A stretch of DNA of 64,000 nt from the human T2T-CHM13v2.0 reference genome, Homo sapiens: assembly GCF_009914755.1 (NCBI RefSeq), contig NC_060942.1; one strand, 5' to 3'. The notes under the pieces are model-generated. The model ran no database searches and was not told the DNA's origin. It saw only the letters and a list, made by a program, of their open reading frames with translations. The position numbers and the translations under genes are program-made. Below, piece by piece: positions 29,010-41,681 of the stretch (position 1 is the stretch's first letter; every line of letters starts with the position of its first letter).

Positions 29010-29449
29010 CATACAAATCTCCTGAGGATCTGGTTAAAATGCAGATTCTGATTCAGTGTTGGGCTGGGACTGGGATTCTGTATTTCTAGTAAGCTACCAG
29101 GCCATTCCATGCTTCTAATTCAGAACCTACAACAGCACTATGCAACAGAAATACAATATGAGCCACATATGCAATTTTCTAGTAACTATACTAAAACAAT
29201 AAAAGGAAATGGATTAAATTAAATTTAATATATGTTATTTAACTCAATTTATCCAAAATGTCATTTGAATGTCTGCAAGCAATATGGAAAAATATTAATG
29301 AGATATTTTACATTAATTTTCTTACACTAAGTTATTAAAAGCCATGGTTCATATTACACTTAGAGAACGTGTCAATTTGGACTAGTCACATGTCAAGAAC
29401 ATGAAAGCCCACATAGCTCATGGTTACTGTGTTGGCCAAGGCAGATCTA
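29010..29449. mobile_element. MER5-like fragment plus MER33 (hAT-Charlie)
   Basis: gttaaaatgcagattctgattcag (MER5); cagcactatgcaacagaaatacaatatgagccacatatg...gcagatctag (MER33). Confidence 0.7.
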
Positions 29450-29652
29450 GAGAGAAAGGATCACTTGCTGCAAAACCGTAGATCTCTGTAGATTCAAAAT
29501 GTAGCCATAGAATATTCTTTCACAGCTCTTCGTGGCCTTTTTGATTAGATGAGACAAAATAATAATTTAAAATATAATACAAGTGAATGTCATCCCTACT
29601 TATGGTTTAAACTCCTACTATGTTTTAGGTAACTATTTCATAGTTTACTTTT

Positions 29653-30212
29653 TGTACTAGTCAGGGTTATCCAGAGAAACAGAACAAGTAAGATAGATAT
29701 ATGTACACACACACATATATTATGTATTTTCCAGCATATATATTACACGTTCTGTATTTACAGATATGTGTGTGTGTGTGTGTGTGTGTGTGTATGAATT
29801 TATTGTAAGGAATACAATAATGGAGGCTAAATCCTCAGATCTGCAGCCAACATGCTGGAGAGCCAGGAAAGCCATTGGTGTTTTTTGAAATTCAGTCAAT
29901 CTGAATTTGAAGGCCTGAGAATCAAGAGGACTAATGGTGTAACTTCCAGTTCAAACAAAGGAGAGGACCAATGGCCCCCCAGTTCAAGCAGTCAGGCAGA
30001 AGGAGTTTCCTATTACTCAGCTTTTTAAGGTCTTCAATGGTTTGAATGGGGCCCATCCACATTAGGGAGGGCGATTTGCTTTGCTACATGTACAGATTCA
30101 AATACTACTGTCATCCTGAAATACTCTCACAGACACATCCAGGATAACGGCTGACCAAATGCCTAGGCACCCCATGGCCCAGTTGATCTGATGTATAAAA
30201 TTAACCATCACA
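29653..30212 (-). mobile_element. MLT2 (ERVL) solo LTR with internal (TG)n
   Basis: tgtactagtcagggttatccagagaaacagaac...aaattaaccatcaca. Confidence 0.88.
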
Positions 30213-31249
30213 CTTGCCTATGAGGGCTTTCTGCACTTGCCCAGTCAGAAACCGTTACACTCCCTATTGAACTTCTACAAAACCTTGGGCATAACCCTGT
30301 TAAAGAAATTTTTTAATTTTGTTGTAATTATTTGTCTTAGTCTCAGCTGTTTGAAAGCATGAAGCATGCCTTATTCATCTTTGTATATTCATTTTCTAGC
30401 ATTCTGACAGGTACATAATAAGTGGTCAATAAATTCAGTTTACTTTCTTCTCACATTGTGTCTAGCACTCTGCTCAGTTTTTTCAGTTGTGATGCTTATT
30501 TAATTTGCACAACACACTGTGAAGTATATATCAATATGTCAATTTTAAATATGAAAAAAGAGGTATTACACTTTACAATCACAGACCCAATAGGAGGGGG
30601 TTGGGAGATTAAACTAAGTCTGTTAGACACCAAAAGCTGCTCCTATTATGCTACACTGGTTTTGTTTTTTTTTTTTTTTTTTTTAAAGACTAACCAAAGG
30701 AGTACAGAGATTTTCTTTCAAGATTTGGTGTTGCTTCTTAAATGAATTGAGTAAATGGACTAGACTCCCAAGTCTAGTGCTAGCTTAAATTAATACTCAG
30801 ATATAAATAATAAAAAGCAGAACCTTTTCGGAAACCATATTTAGTAAAACGCAGGAAAATCATGATATTGGACAACTGTTAAGTTTGTAATGCAGCATCT
30901 TTTGAGTCCTACCTTCCATGATTGAGACAGAAGCAGCAATGCACTTTCCCAGCCCCTTTTGCATAGAGGTTACAGGCTCGTGTATCCAATGAAAATGTTG
31001 ATTCAAATATCAGCCATATAAGGATACTGGTGCCATGTGTATTTGAATTTCTGGGAAGAAGACAGAGTAGGCAAACACACTCCCATACACAGTGGTGGCA
31101 ATGACAGTTTCACTGCTGGGTTGGTGCAACCAAAGCATAATTTAGACCTGCTTCAGGAAGTGTACTCTCAAAATTCACTTCCGTGTATCCACTGCAGGTG
31201 ATGTAAGCAATATATACCAAATTCTTTCCAATTTTGGGCACCTTGAAAT

Positions 31250-31712
31250 TGTCATGCCTCTGAGCCCAAGCTAAGCCATCATATCCCCTGTGACCTGCAT
31301 GTACAGGGACGAGATGGCCGGTTCCTGCCTTAACTGATGACATTCCACCACAAAAGAAATGAAAATGGCCTGTTCCTGCCTTAACTGATGACATTCCACC
31401 ACGAAAGAAATGAAAATGGCCTGTTCCTGCCTTAACTGATGACATTATCTTGTGAAATTCCTTCTCCTGGCTCATCCTGACTCAAAAGCTCCCGTACTGA
31501 GCACCTTGTGACCCCCACTCCTGCCTGCCAGAGAACAACCCCCCTTTGACTGTAATTTTCCTCTACCTACCCAAATCTTATAAAATGGCCCCACCCCATC
31601 TCCCTTCGCTGACTCTCTTTTCGGACTCAGCCCGCCTGCGGCCAGGTGATTAAAAGCTTTATTGCTCACACAAAGCCTGTTTTGTGGTCTCTTCACACAG
31701 ATGCACATGAAA
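31250..31712 (+). promoter_or_regulatory. 5' LTR7 (463 bp) with an extra 51-bp U3 repeat
   Basis: TGTCA..CTCTGAGCCCAAGCTAAGCC start; TATA-like ttataaaa ~31578; GC/GT box ccccacccc; ATTAAA poly(A) signal; ends CATGAAA. Confidence 0.95.
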
Positions 31713-32089
31713 TTTGGTAAGAACCCCCATCCCTTATTTCTGCACCCCGACCTCTTATGTCTGTGCCCCAACCCCTTATTTCCACGCCTCAACCCCTTTC
31801 CCATTTTTCTGGAGGGTAAGAACCCCCGAACTCCTTCCCTCCGTGTCTCTACCCTTCTTTTAAACTTGCCTCCTTCACTATGGGCAAACTTCCACCCTCC
31901 ATTCCTCCTTCTTCTCCCTTAGCCTGTCCTCTCAAGAACTTGAAACCTCTTCAACTCACACGTGACCTAAAACCTAAATGCCTTATTTTCTTCTACAATG
32001 TCACTTGACCCCAATACAAACTTGATAGTGGTTCCAAATAGCCAGAAAACAGCACTTTCGTTTTTTCCATCCTAGAAGATCTAAATAAT

Positions 32090-32990
32090 TCTTGTCGTAA
32101 AATGGGCAAATGGTCTGAGGTGCCTGACGTCCAGGCATTCTTTTACACATCGGTCCCTCCCTAGACTCTCTTCCCAATGCAACTCGTCCCAAATCTTCCT
32201 TCCCTCCCACCTGTCCCCTCAGTCCCAACCCCAAGCGTTGCTGAGTCTTTCTAACCTTCCTTTTCTACAGACCCATCTGACCTCTCTCTTCCTACCCAGG
32301 CCGAGCTATGTCCCAATTCTTTCTCAGCCTCCTCCGATCCTCCACCCTATAATCCTTTTATCACCTCCCCTCCTCACACCCAGTCTGGCTTACAGTTTCA
32401 TTCCGCAACTAGCTTTCCCCCACCTGCCCAGCAATTTCCTCTTAAAAAGGTGGCTGGAGCTAAAGGCATAGTCAAGGTTAATGCTCCTTTTTCTTTATCC
32501 AACCTCTCCCAAAATCAGTTAGCGTTTAGGCTCTTTTTCATCAAATATAAAAACCCAGCCCAGTTCATGGCTCGTTTGGCAGCAACCCTGAGATGCTTTA
32601 CAGCCCTAGACCCTGAAAGGTCAGAAGGCCGTTTTATTATCAATATGCATTTTATTTTATTACCCAATCTGCTCCCGACATGAAATAAAGCTCCAAAAAT
32701 TAAATTCTGGTCCTCAAACCCCACAACAGAACTTAATCAACCTTGCCTACAAAGTGTACAATAATAGAAAAAAGTTGCAATTCCTTGCCTCCACTGTGAG
32801 ACAAACCCCAGCCACATCTCCAGCACACAAGAACTTCCAAACGCCTGAACCGCAGCAGCCAGGTGTTCCTCCAGAACCTCCTCCCCCAGGAGCTTGCTAC
32901 AAGTGCCAGAAATCTGGCCACTGGGCCAAGGAATGCCCACAGCCCAGGATTCCTCCTAAGCCACGTCCTGTCTATGTGGGACCCCACTGA
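32090..32990 (+). pseudogene. gag: HERV-H gag remnant including the CCHC zinc knuckle
   Basis: ORF 32754..32990 contains CYKCQKSGHWAKEC; stops and frameshifts throughout. Confidence 0.88.
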
Positions 32991-33139
32991 AAGTTGGACT
33001 GTTCAACTCACCTGGTAGCCACTCCCAGAGTCCCTGGAACTCTGGCCCAAGCCTCTCTGATTGACTCCTTCCCAGATCTTCTCAGCTTAGTGGCTGAAGA
33101 CTGACACTGCCCGATTGCCTCGGAAGCCCCCTAAACCAT

Positions 33140-35560
33140 CATGGACACCAAGCTTCAGGTAACTCTCATGGTGGAAGGTAAGTCCGTCCCCTTCTAAATC
33201 AATATGGAAGCTACCCACTCCACATTACCTTCTTTTCAAGGGCCTGTTTCCCTTGCCTCCATAACTGTTGTGGGTATTGATGGCCAGGCTTCTAAACTTC
33301 TTAAAACTCCCCAACTCTGGTGCCAACTTAGACAATACTCTTTTAAGTACTCCTTTTTAGTTATCCCCACCTGCCCAGTTCCCTTATCAGGCCAAGACAC
33401 TTTAACTAAATTATCTGCTTCCCTGACTATTCCTGGGCTACAGCCACACCTCATTGCCACCTTTCCCCCAGTTCAAAGCCTCCTTCACATCCTCCCCTTG
33501 TATCTCCCCACCTTAGCCCACAAGTATAAGATACCTCTGCTCCCTCCTTGGCGATCGATCATGCACCCCTTACCATTTCATTAAAACCTAATTGTCCTTA
33601 CCCCACTCAACGCCAATATCCCATCCCACAGCATGCTTTAAAAGGATTAAAGCCTGTTATCACTTGTCTGTTACAGCATGGACTTTTAAAGCCTATAAAC
33701 TCTCCTTACAATTCCCCCATTTTACCTGTCCAAAAACCAAACAAGCCTTACAGGTTAGTTCAGGATCTACACCTTATCAACCAAATTGTTTTGCCTATCC
33801 ACCCCGTGGTGCCAAACCCATAAACTCTCCTATCCTCAATACCTCCCTCTACAACCCATTATTCTGTTCTGGATCTCAAACATGCTTTCTTTACTATTCC
33901 TTTGCACCCTTCATCCCAGCCTCTCTTCGCTTTCACTTGGACTGACCTTGACACCCACCAGGCTCAGCAAATTACCTGGGCTGTACTGCCACAAGGCTTC
34001 ACGGACAGCCCCCGTTACTTCAGTCAAGCCCAAATTTCTTCTCCATCCGTTACCTAGCTCGGCATAATTCTTCATAAAAACACACATGCTCTCCCTGCCG
34101 ATCGTGTCCGACTGATCTCTCAAACGTCAACCCCTTCTACAAAACAACAACTCCTTTCCTTCCTAGGCATGGTTGGATAATTTTGCCTTTGGATACCTGG
34201 TTTTGCCATCCTAACAAAACCATCATATAAACTCACAAAAGGAAACCTAGCTGACCCCATAGATCCTAAATCCTTTCCCCACTCCTCTTTCCATTCCTCG
34301 AAGACAGCTTTAGAGACTGCCCCCACCCTAGCTCTCCCTGACTCATCCCAACCCTTTTCATTACACACAGCCGAAGTGCAGGGCTGTGCAGTCAGAATTC
34401 TTACACAAGGACCGGGATCGCGTCCTGTAGCCTTTTTGTCCAAACAACTTGACCTTACTGTTTTAGGCTGGCCATCATGTCTCCACTCAGCGGCTGCTGC
34501 TGCCCTAATACTTTTAGAGGCCCTCAAAATCACAAACTATGCTCAACTTACTCTCTACAGCTCTCATAATTTCCAAAATCTATTTTCTTCCTCACACCTG
34601 ACACATATACTTTCTGCTCCCTGGCTCCTTCAGCTACACTCACTCTTTGTTGAGTCTCCCACAATTACCATTGTTCCTGGCCCGGACTTCAATCCGGCCT
34701 CCCACATTATTCCGGATACCACACCTGACCTGGATACTACACCTGACCCTCACGACTGCATCTCTCTGATCCACCTGATGTTCACCCCATTTCCCCATAT
34801 TTCCTTCTTTCCTGTTCCTCACCCTGATCACACTTAGTTTATTGATGGCAGTTAAACCAGGCCTAATCACCACACACCAGCAAAGGCAGGCTATGCTACA
34901 GTACAAGCCACTGGCCCACCTCTTAAAACCTCTCATTTCCTTTCCATCTTGGAAATCTATCCTCAAAGAAATAACTTCCCAGTGTTCCATCTGCTATTCT
35001 ACTACTTCTCAGGGATTATTCAGGCCCCCTCCCTTCCCTACACATCAAGCTCGAAGATTTGCCCCCACCCAGGACTGGTAAATTAGCTTTACTCAACATG
35101 CCCTGAGTCAGATAACTAAAGTACCTCTTAGTCCAGGTAGACACTTTCACTGCATAGGTAGAGGCCTTTCCTACAGGGTCTAAGAAGACCACTGCAGTCA
35201 TTTCTTCCCTTCTGTCAGACATAATTCCTTGGTTTGGCCTTCCCACCTCTATATAGTCCTATAGCAGACCGGCCTTTATTAGTCAAATGAGTCAAGCATT
35301 TTTTCAGGCTCTTGGTATTCAGCGAAACCTTTATATCCCTTACAGTCCTCAGTCTTCAGGAAAGGTACAACGGACTAATGGTCTTTTAAAAACACACCTC
35401 ACCAAGCTCAGCCACCAACTTAAAAAGGACTGGACAATACTTTTACCACTTTCCCTTCTCAGAATTCAGTCCTGTCCTTGGAATGCTACAGGGTACAGCC
35501 CATTTAAGCTCCTGTATGGACGCTCCTTTTTATTAAGCCCCAGTCTCACCAGACCAACTT
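33140..35560 (+). pseudogene. pol: HERV-H pro-pol remnant (protease, partial RT, tether/RNase H, integrase)
   Basis: SPYNSPILPVQKPNKPYRLVQDL, LPQGFTDSP, RPVAFLSKQLD and PYSPQSSGKVQRTNGLLK motifs in broken frames; the YxDD region is absent. Confidence 0.9.
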
Positions 35561-36149
35561 GGACTGTGTCCCAAAAAACTTGTCATCTCTACTATCTTCT
35601 GTCTAGTCATACTCCTATTCACCATTCTCAACTACTCATACATGCTCTGCTCTTGTTTACACTGCTGGTTTACACTGTTTCTCCAAGCCATCATAGCTGA
35701 TATCTCCTGGTGCTATCCCCAAACTGCCACTCTTAACTCTTAAAGTAAATAAATATTCTTTGCTGGTAGGACAATGCTGAATCTCCTTAGGCACTCTCTA
35801 ATTGGATGTCTTGGGTCCTCCCAATTCTTAGACCTTTAATACCTGTTTTTCTCCTTCTCTTATTCCGTTTAGTTTTTCAATTCATACAAAACCGTATCCA
35901 GGCCATCATCAATAATTCTAAATGACAAATGTTTCTTCTAACAGTCCCACAATATCACCCCTTACCATAAAATCTTCCTTCAGCTTAATCTCTCCCACTC
36001 TAGGTTCCCACGCTGCCCCTAATCCCGCTCAAAGCAGCCCTGAGAAACATCGCCCATTATCTCTCCATACCATCCCCCAAAATTTTCGCCGTCCCAACAC
36101 TTTACCACTATTTCATTTTATTTTTCTTATTAATATAAGAAGACAGGAA

Positions 36150-36562
36150 TGTCAGGTTTCTGAGTCCAAGCTAAGCCATCATATCCCCTGTGACTTGCAG
36201 GTACACATCCAGATGGCCCATTCCTGCATTAACTGATGACATTCCACCACAAAAGAAATGAAAATGGCCTGTTTCTGCCTTAACTGATGACATTATCTTG
36301 TGAAATTCCTTCTCCTGGCTCACCCTGGCTCAAAAGCTCAACTACTGAGCACCTTGTGACCCCCCACTCCTGCCCACCAGAGAACAACCCCCCTTTGAGT
36401 GTAATTTTCCTTTACCTACCCAAATCTTATAAAACGGCCTCACCCCTATCTCCCTTCGCTGACTCTTTTTTCGGACTCAGCCTGCCTGCACCCAGGTGAT
36501 TAAAAGCTTTATTGCTCACACAAAGCCTGTTTGGTGGTCTCTTCACATGGATGCGCATGAAA
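36150..36562 (+). promoter_or_regulatory. 3' LTR7 (413 bp)
   Basis: Homologous to 31250-31712 with one fewer 51-bp unit; ATTAAA ~36499. Confidence 0.95.
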
Positions 36563-37119
36563 GAAATCATCCTAGAAAAATGACTGCCCATACCACTTTA
36601 CAGAAGACTTGAGTTTGGACACTCAACAACCTGGTCATCCCTATGAAAACTGTTTTTCCTAGACCTAGCTCTTATTCCCTCCTCCTTCTTTAGGCTTCTG
36701 CACCATGTGACATTTCATTTTTTCTTCTCTTCCCCACAGCAGCAATTCATATTTATAGTCCCTGTGTCACCTTTAAACATCTGGTCTCCATTTACCTTTT
36801 CACCACTCAGTGGCAACAGCCTGTTGTTTCAGAGATATGCACCAGAGCAAAAGACAAGGACACACAGCTACTGATTAATTTTTATAGCACATAATTCACT
36901 CCTTAGTTTTTCTCTCCCTTCTGAGGCAACAAATGTAGAAAATGTCTTCCACATGTGGAGCCCAAGTGATTGGCACATGTCCTTTTTATGTGGTTAGGGG
37001 CTATCAGCAGAAACTCAAAGATGTATTTTTGTTTTTTATTTTTTTCCTGTTCCCTTCCCTCCTTCCCTTCCTATGTTCAAAGTTATGACTGCATTTGGGG
37101 GGGAAGAAAAGCAATGTTG

Positions 37120-37256
37120 AGAAACCAAGGAAAGAGAGGTAAGAAAGAAAGAAAAAGAAGAAAGAAAAGAAAAAAAACAAAAGAAAGGAACGAAAGAAAG
37201 AAAGAAGAGAGAGAAGAAGGGGGAGGGAGGGAGGAAGAAAAAAAGGAAGACAGGAA
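37120..37256. repeat. GA-rich low-complexity purine tract
   Basis: Almost entirely A/G: (GAAA)n, (GGGA)n. Confidence 0.85.
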
Positions 37257-40200
37257 ACTGACTTGGAGTTCTTACCTGATTAAAAGTTCACCTTGTTTCA
37301 TATTTTAAAGCCAGAGAGACACAGCTAATGATGCTAATCTCGTATCCCATATGTGTTGTCACAGATTTCACCTACTCATTCAAAAAATATTTTGAGCATC
37401 TACGAATTTATTTGGGGGCATAATATAATCAAAACTGAAAAAAAATCACGTCTCTCACATACTACAATGTAAAGGAAGAGAACTTAAAATAATAAAAGGT
37501 GATAAATAGTGAAACACTATTTTACCATCTCAAGGTGTTCCCACCAACACTTGGAAAATAGCCAGTGACTGCAAGAGACATTCAAATAATAAAGATGAGG
37601 AGTAGGTGTCAACATCTGGGATTTAAACATGCCTGATGATCATTGACATAGAGTTATTTTTCCATGTCCTTGACTACTGTATTGAGAGAGAGAGAATTTC
37701 AGTGAAAAACAATGGAAACTTTAGATTGTAACCAAATCATCTAAGCCACAGAACAATGTAGCTTGCAACAAGGCTCTGATAGTTTCACCACAATACATTT
37801 TTTTTAACTTACTTCCAACTACTCACTGCTATTTGTCCTATCTTCTAAACACACAGGACTTTTTTGTGTTCTCTTAATAAACCATGGGATGGCACAGTTT
37901 CATGACATTGTTTTACTGGGAATTCCTTCTTCCACCTCTCTATTATGCAAAGTGCTGCCCATTAGCTTTAAGAACCACCTCAAATATTATTTTCTTTGTG
38001 AAGGTTTGACTTACCCATCTGTCTCAAAATAATTTATATGCCTCTTTTTCACAACTACAAATCAGTTTACCACATCTCTATAGGAACACTTTGCTCATAA
38101 GTAGAGATGCCTATAAATTCTTGCTTACTCCCATTTTAGTTTTGGCTATTCTGTTTGTGGAACATAACCCTCTACTCTCTCACTGCTAAAGTGCATAATA
38201 CTCTTTTTACCCCATAAGCTAGGTCAAATAGATTGGACCAAGACTAAGCATTTGGTCTTAGATAACAAGCTGAATCTGATTTTCTGGAAATAGGTTTTGG
38301 ATTTTTTTTTAAAAAGATCCCTTGGTGATTCTAATGTGCAGCCAGAGGTACAAATCACTGAACTAAAGGAATAAAGCTATACACTGCATTGAGTCAATAA
38401 TATTCAATGTCTCAAGAATGTAAACAAAGAGATACAGAAATTAAATTACTAGATATCAAGATCATGTATAGCCAGACTGGGCTCCCAATTTTGCCAAGTG
38501 GGTGTGCTAAAGCTTAGAAGGCTGCTCTGTCAGTCTGCAATGGTGTCTGCAATTAACGCCTCTTCATTCTTTTGCAGGGGTTGGGGAAATAATTTCATGT
38601 ATTGAATAATAAAAGAGGTAGGTTTATAGGACATTTACAAGGTAGCATAGACTGTAAGTGTCAGATGATTGCGAACCAGGTTACTGCAGGGAATTTGTTG
38701 TTGGGAAGACCTAATTTGAGGTCCAGTTCTACAATGTGTTAACTCTTAATTTTTATCACCAAGGACTACAGACGTGAAGGCTTTTTATAACTAAAGAAGA
38801 AAATAAATGTCTACCTCAGTGTTTCTCCCTACCCCTTTCCCGTCTCGAAGAAAAGCAAATTTACAACTAAAGAGACAACTTTAGTATTATTTTCTAACTT
38901 CAAGAAGTTCTTCAGTTTAAACTTAAATATCTTTATTTGCCTCTCAGGCTGACCTCTGCTTATGCTATGATTTTTTCATAGGCACTATGAGCAATAATAA
39001 AAAAAAATCTTTCATTACTCGGATCAGTTTATTAATCTGACATTCATAATGCAGTTTCACTTTTTTAAAAATGCTGACACTCATGGCCATACAGATTGCA
39101 TAGAGTACAATCCTAGATGGTCCTGTTTCCTTAAACTGCAATGTGAAAGAAACTACCTGGAAGTGTGAAAAGTGAAGTCCCTGCCTATGAGAAAAGGGGA
39201 AAAGTGACATATTTACATACAAATGTGTATGGCCATACAGTTGCAGCTAGAGCAAATATTAGGATATTCATGGGGCAAAAGAGGTTGTTTCCACTGGAGA
39301 AAAAGGAGTCAAACAATCCAACTTGGCAAATTAACTGAGAGTTCCAGAAATCGAAATGGCCCAGATAATTATAAAGTGATCTGAGAGTAGAAACTGAATG
39401 TGAAACAGTACCTGATCTATGAAATCATTGAGGATTTTATCAGGACACTTGAAGGTTTTAATTTCATGATTTTCAAACTCTAGAGAAGTTAAGATTTTCA
39501 AAAGATACAAAAAGACAATATATCCAGAAAATAGGTGGTAAAAAGAGGAGGTTGTAATGCCGAAGAATGGCAAAAACGGCAGACCTCTTTGACTTCTTAT
39601 TTCTTCCTTTAATAAGAGAACTGTATTGAGAATCAAAAGATCACACTAACATTTGTAAAGAAAGAATGAAATCCCAAGGTGTATTATTAGATTGTAAGGG
39701 AATATGTAGCTACTCCAATGGAGTGAAAAATCTCCTTTTTCAGATTAATGGCATTTTAAAATTCTAAGAAAATGTATAAATGACAGTTTGAACCATCACC
39801 ACACAGGGTAATGTGCTTCATATAGGTGATTGACTTGCAATCTCAGTTGACAAAATGAAGAAGTATAACCTGAGAGCAGAGATAATTGGAGAGATTAGTA
39901 AATGTTTGAATTACTCTGTCTACACTGATAAATGGTATATTGTTTTAGGTATGTAGAAAGTTTTCTAATAGTTTGCTATGAATGTTGCCATGTGTCACAA
40001 TTTGCTTTGCATTTTTATTAATTTTCACAGAAGTGCAGAAAAATACATGTTCATATAGGAAGATGGTTAAAAACCAAGAAAGATAATGAATAGTTTAAAT
40101 GATGTAACCGCTATCCCAAAGGTCCTTGACAGGGTTAAACAATCAATTGCAATAGGACCAGACTCAAGGGAGATCGATACAATTTTCAAAGGATGTTTTG

Positions 40201-40290
40201 TTTTTCCTTCTTAATATCTATGGACAGGATGAAGAGATTTACATTCAAAATAGCAGTTATGATAAAAATGAGAATTTTTCTATTGATAAG

Positions 40291-40636
40291 TGATATGGTT
40301 TCGCTCTGTGTCCTCGCCCAAATCTCATCTCAAATTATAATCCCCACGTGTTGAGAAAGGGACGTGGTGGGAGGTGATTGGATCATGAAGGTGGTTCCCC
40401 TATGCTGTTCTCATAATAGTGAGTTTTCATGAGATCTGATGGTTTAAAAGTGTTTGGCAGTTCCCCACTCCCACCCCCCTGCAGCCATGTAAGATGTGCC
40501 TTTGCTTCCCTTTTGCCTTGAAGTTTTCTGAGGCCTCCCCAGCCATGTGGAACTGTGAGTCAATTAAGCCTTTCTCCTTTAAAAATTACCCAGTCTCAGG
40601 TATTTCTTTATAGCAGTGTGAAAATGGACTAATACA
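40291..40636 (+). mobile_element. MaLR LTR (THE1D/MSTA-like)
   Basis: tgatatggtttcgctctgtgtcc...ttacccagtctcaggtatttctttatagcagtgtgaaaatggactaataca. Confidence 0.9.
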
Positions 40637-40771
40637 ACTGGAATCCCAATAGAAGTCAATGAAGTGAAGTATTTACAAAAGCCAGCCAAACTCTCTTGGG
40701 CTGTAGGGGGTTGCATTGGGAAAGTAGAAATATCTGCATTTATTTAAAACAATATTATCTACTGATCAGGC

Positions 40772-40866
40772 TATTTCTATTTCATTCTTTTATTTCATTT
40801 CATTCTATTTCATTTCATTCATCTATTTCATTTCTTTCATTCATTCAATGAACTATTTCATTCATT
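40772..40866. repeat. (TTTCA/TTCA)n degenerate simple repeat
   Basis: Repeated tttcat/ttcat units. Confidence 0.75.
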
Positions 40867-41681
40867 GCAGTGGGATAGCACTCTGATATTGACAAACTGT
40901 GATATACACAGCGAGGGACAAGAGTCATTTTTGGATTTGAAGCCTTGCTACAGAAGAGAAATGGAGGATGAGAAATGGAGGATGTTCAGCCTAGAGAGGG
41001 GAGGGCCACACAGTGAATGTTTAATGTCAGTTTTTTAAAGGGCTTCAATGTAGGCAGAAAATTTTATTGTGGCTCTAGGGGACATAAAACAAGACAAAAA
41101 TAAAGTATTTGGTGAAATTTCAAGGAAAAATATTTTAGCTCTATATAAGGAAAAAAATGTATAAGCAAGATGTTCATATATAGGCCAAAAGATAAGACGG
41201 GTTTTATTGAAAGAAAGTGAGTGCCGACAAACACGGGCTGTAGTCAGAGAGATGTGGTAAAAACAGTTCAAACATAAGATGGGTGGTTAGATTGAATATC
41301 TTTTAAGATATTTTTCCCATCTCAGTATGGAGGAATTATGGAAACAGATAGGGAAGATCATTATAAACATAGTTGAAACTAGAAATTGAATGAGAAATAG
41401 TGCTTGTCTTATTAGGGCATTTGGGATTTTATCTGGAGACTTGAAAGTTTAATTTCACTTCTTTTAAACATAATTTTCCTCATTTTCTCTTTACGTTATT
41501 AACCCTCTAACTGTACTTTCTAAAGATTTTGTGTCAAAGGGCCATTCATCTGTTAACATAGAATTGAATACTTTTAAGCTGTCTGTGTTTTGGAGTAGCA
41601 CAATTAAGATGAGGAATAACTCCTCTCTCAGCTGGAGTAGATGTGTGTGCATGCCATAAGAATGAAATTCCAGAACTTTAC

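Larger units (their letters stand above)
31250..36562 (+). mobile_element. HERV-H provirus (LTR7-gag-pro-pol-LTR7; common env/pol-deleted form), antisense to RIT2
   Basis: Two LTR7 copies; 5-bp TSD GAAAT (31245-31249 and 36563-36567); purine tract aagaagacaggaa before the 3' LTR; gag, pro, RT and IN remnants. Confidence 0.97.

Noticed and set aside
31110-31475. 121-aa ORF with a 17-aa tandem repeat, and a superficially CRISPR-like repeat-spacer pattern
   Set aside because: It is the antisense reading of the 51-bp LTR7 U3 repeats; the spacers are near-identical, there are no cas genes, and the DNA is primate.
32001-36499. Dense ORF cluster suggesting an operon or novel RT system
   Set aside because: All are broken HERV-H gag/pro/pol frames or their antisense; there is no intact RT catalytic motif and no env.
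36970-37308. 112-aa K/R/E-rich ORF
   Set aside because: Product of a stop-poor GA-rich low-complexity tract.
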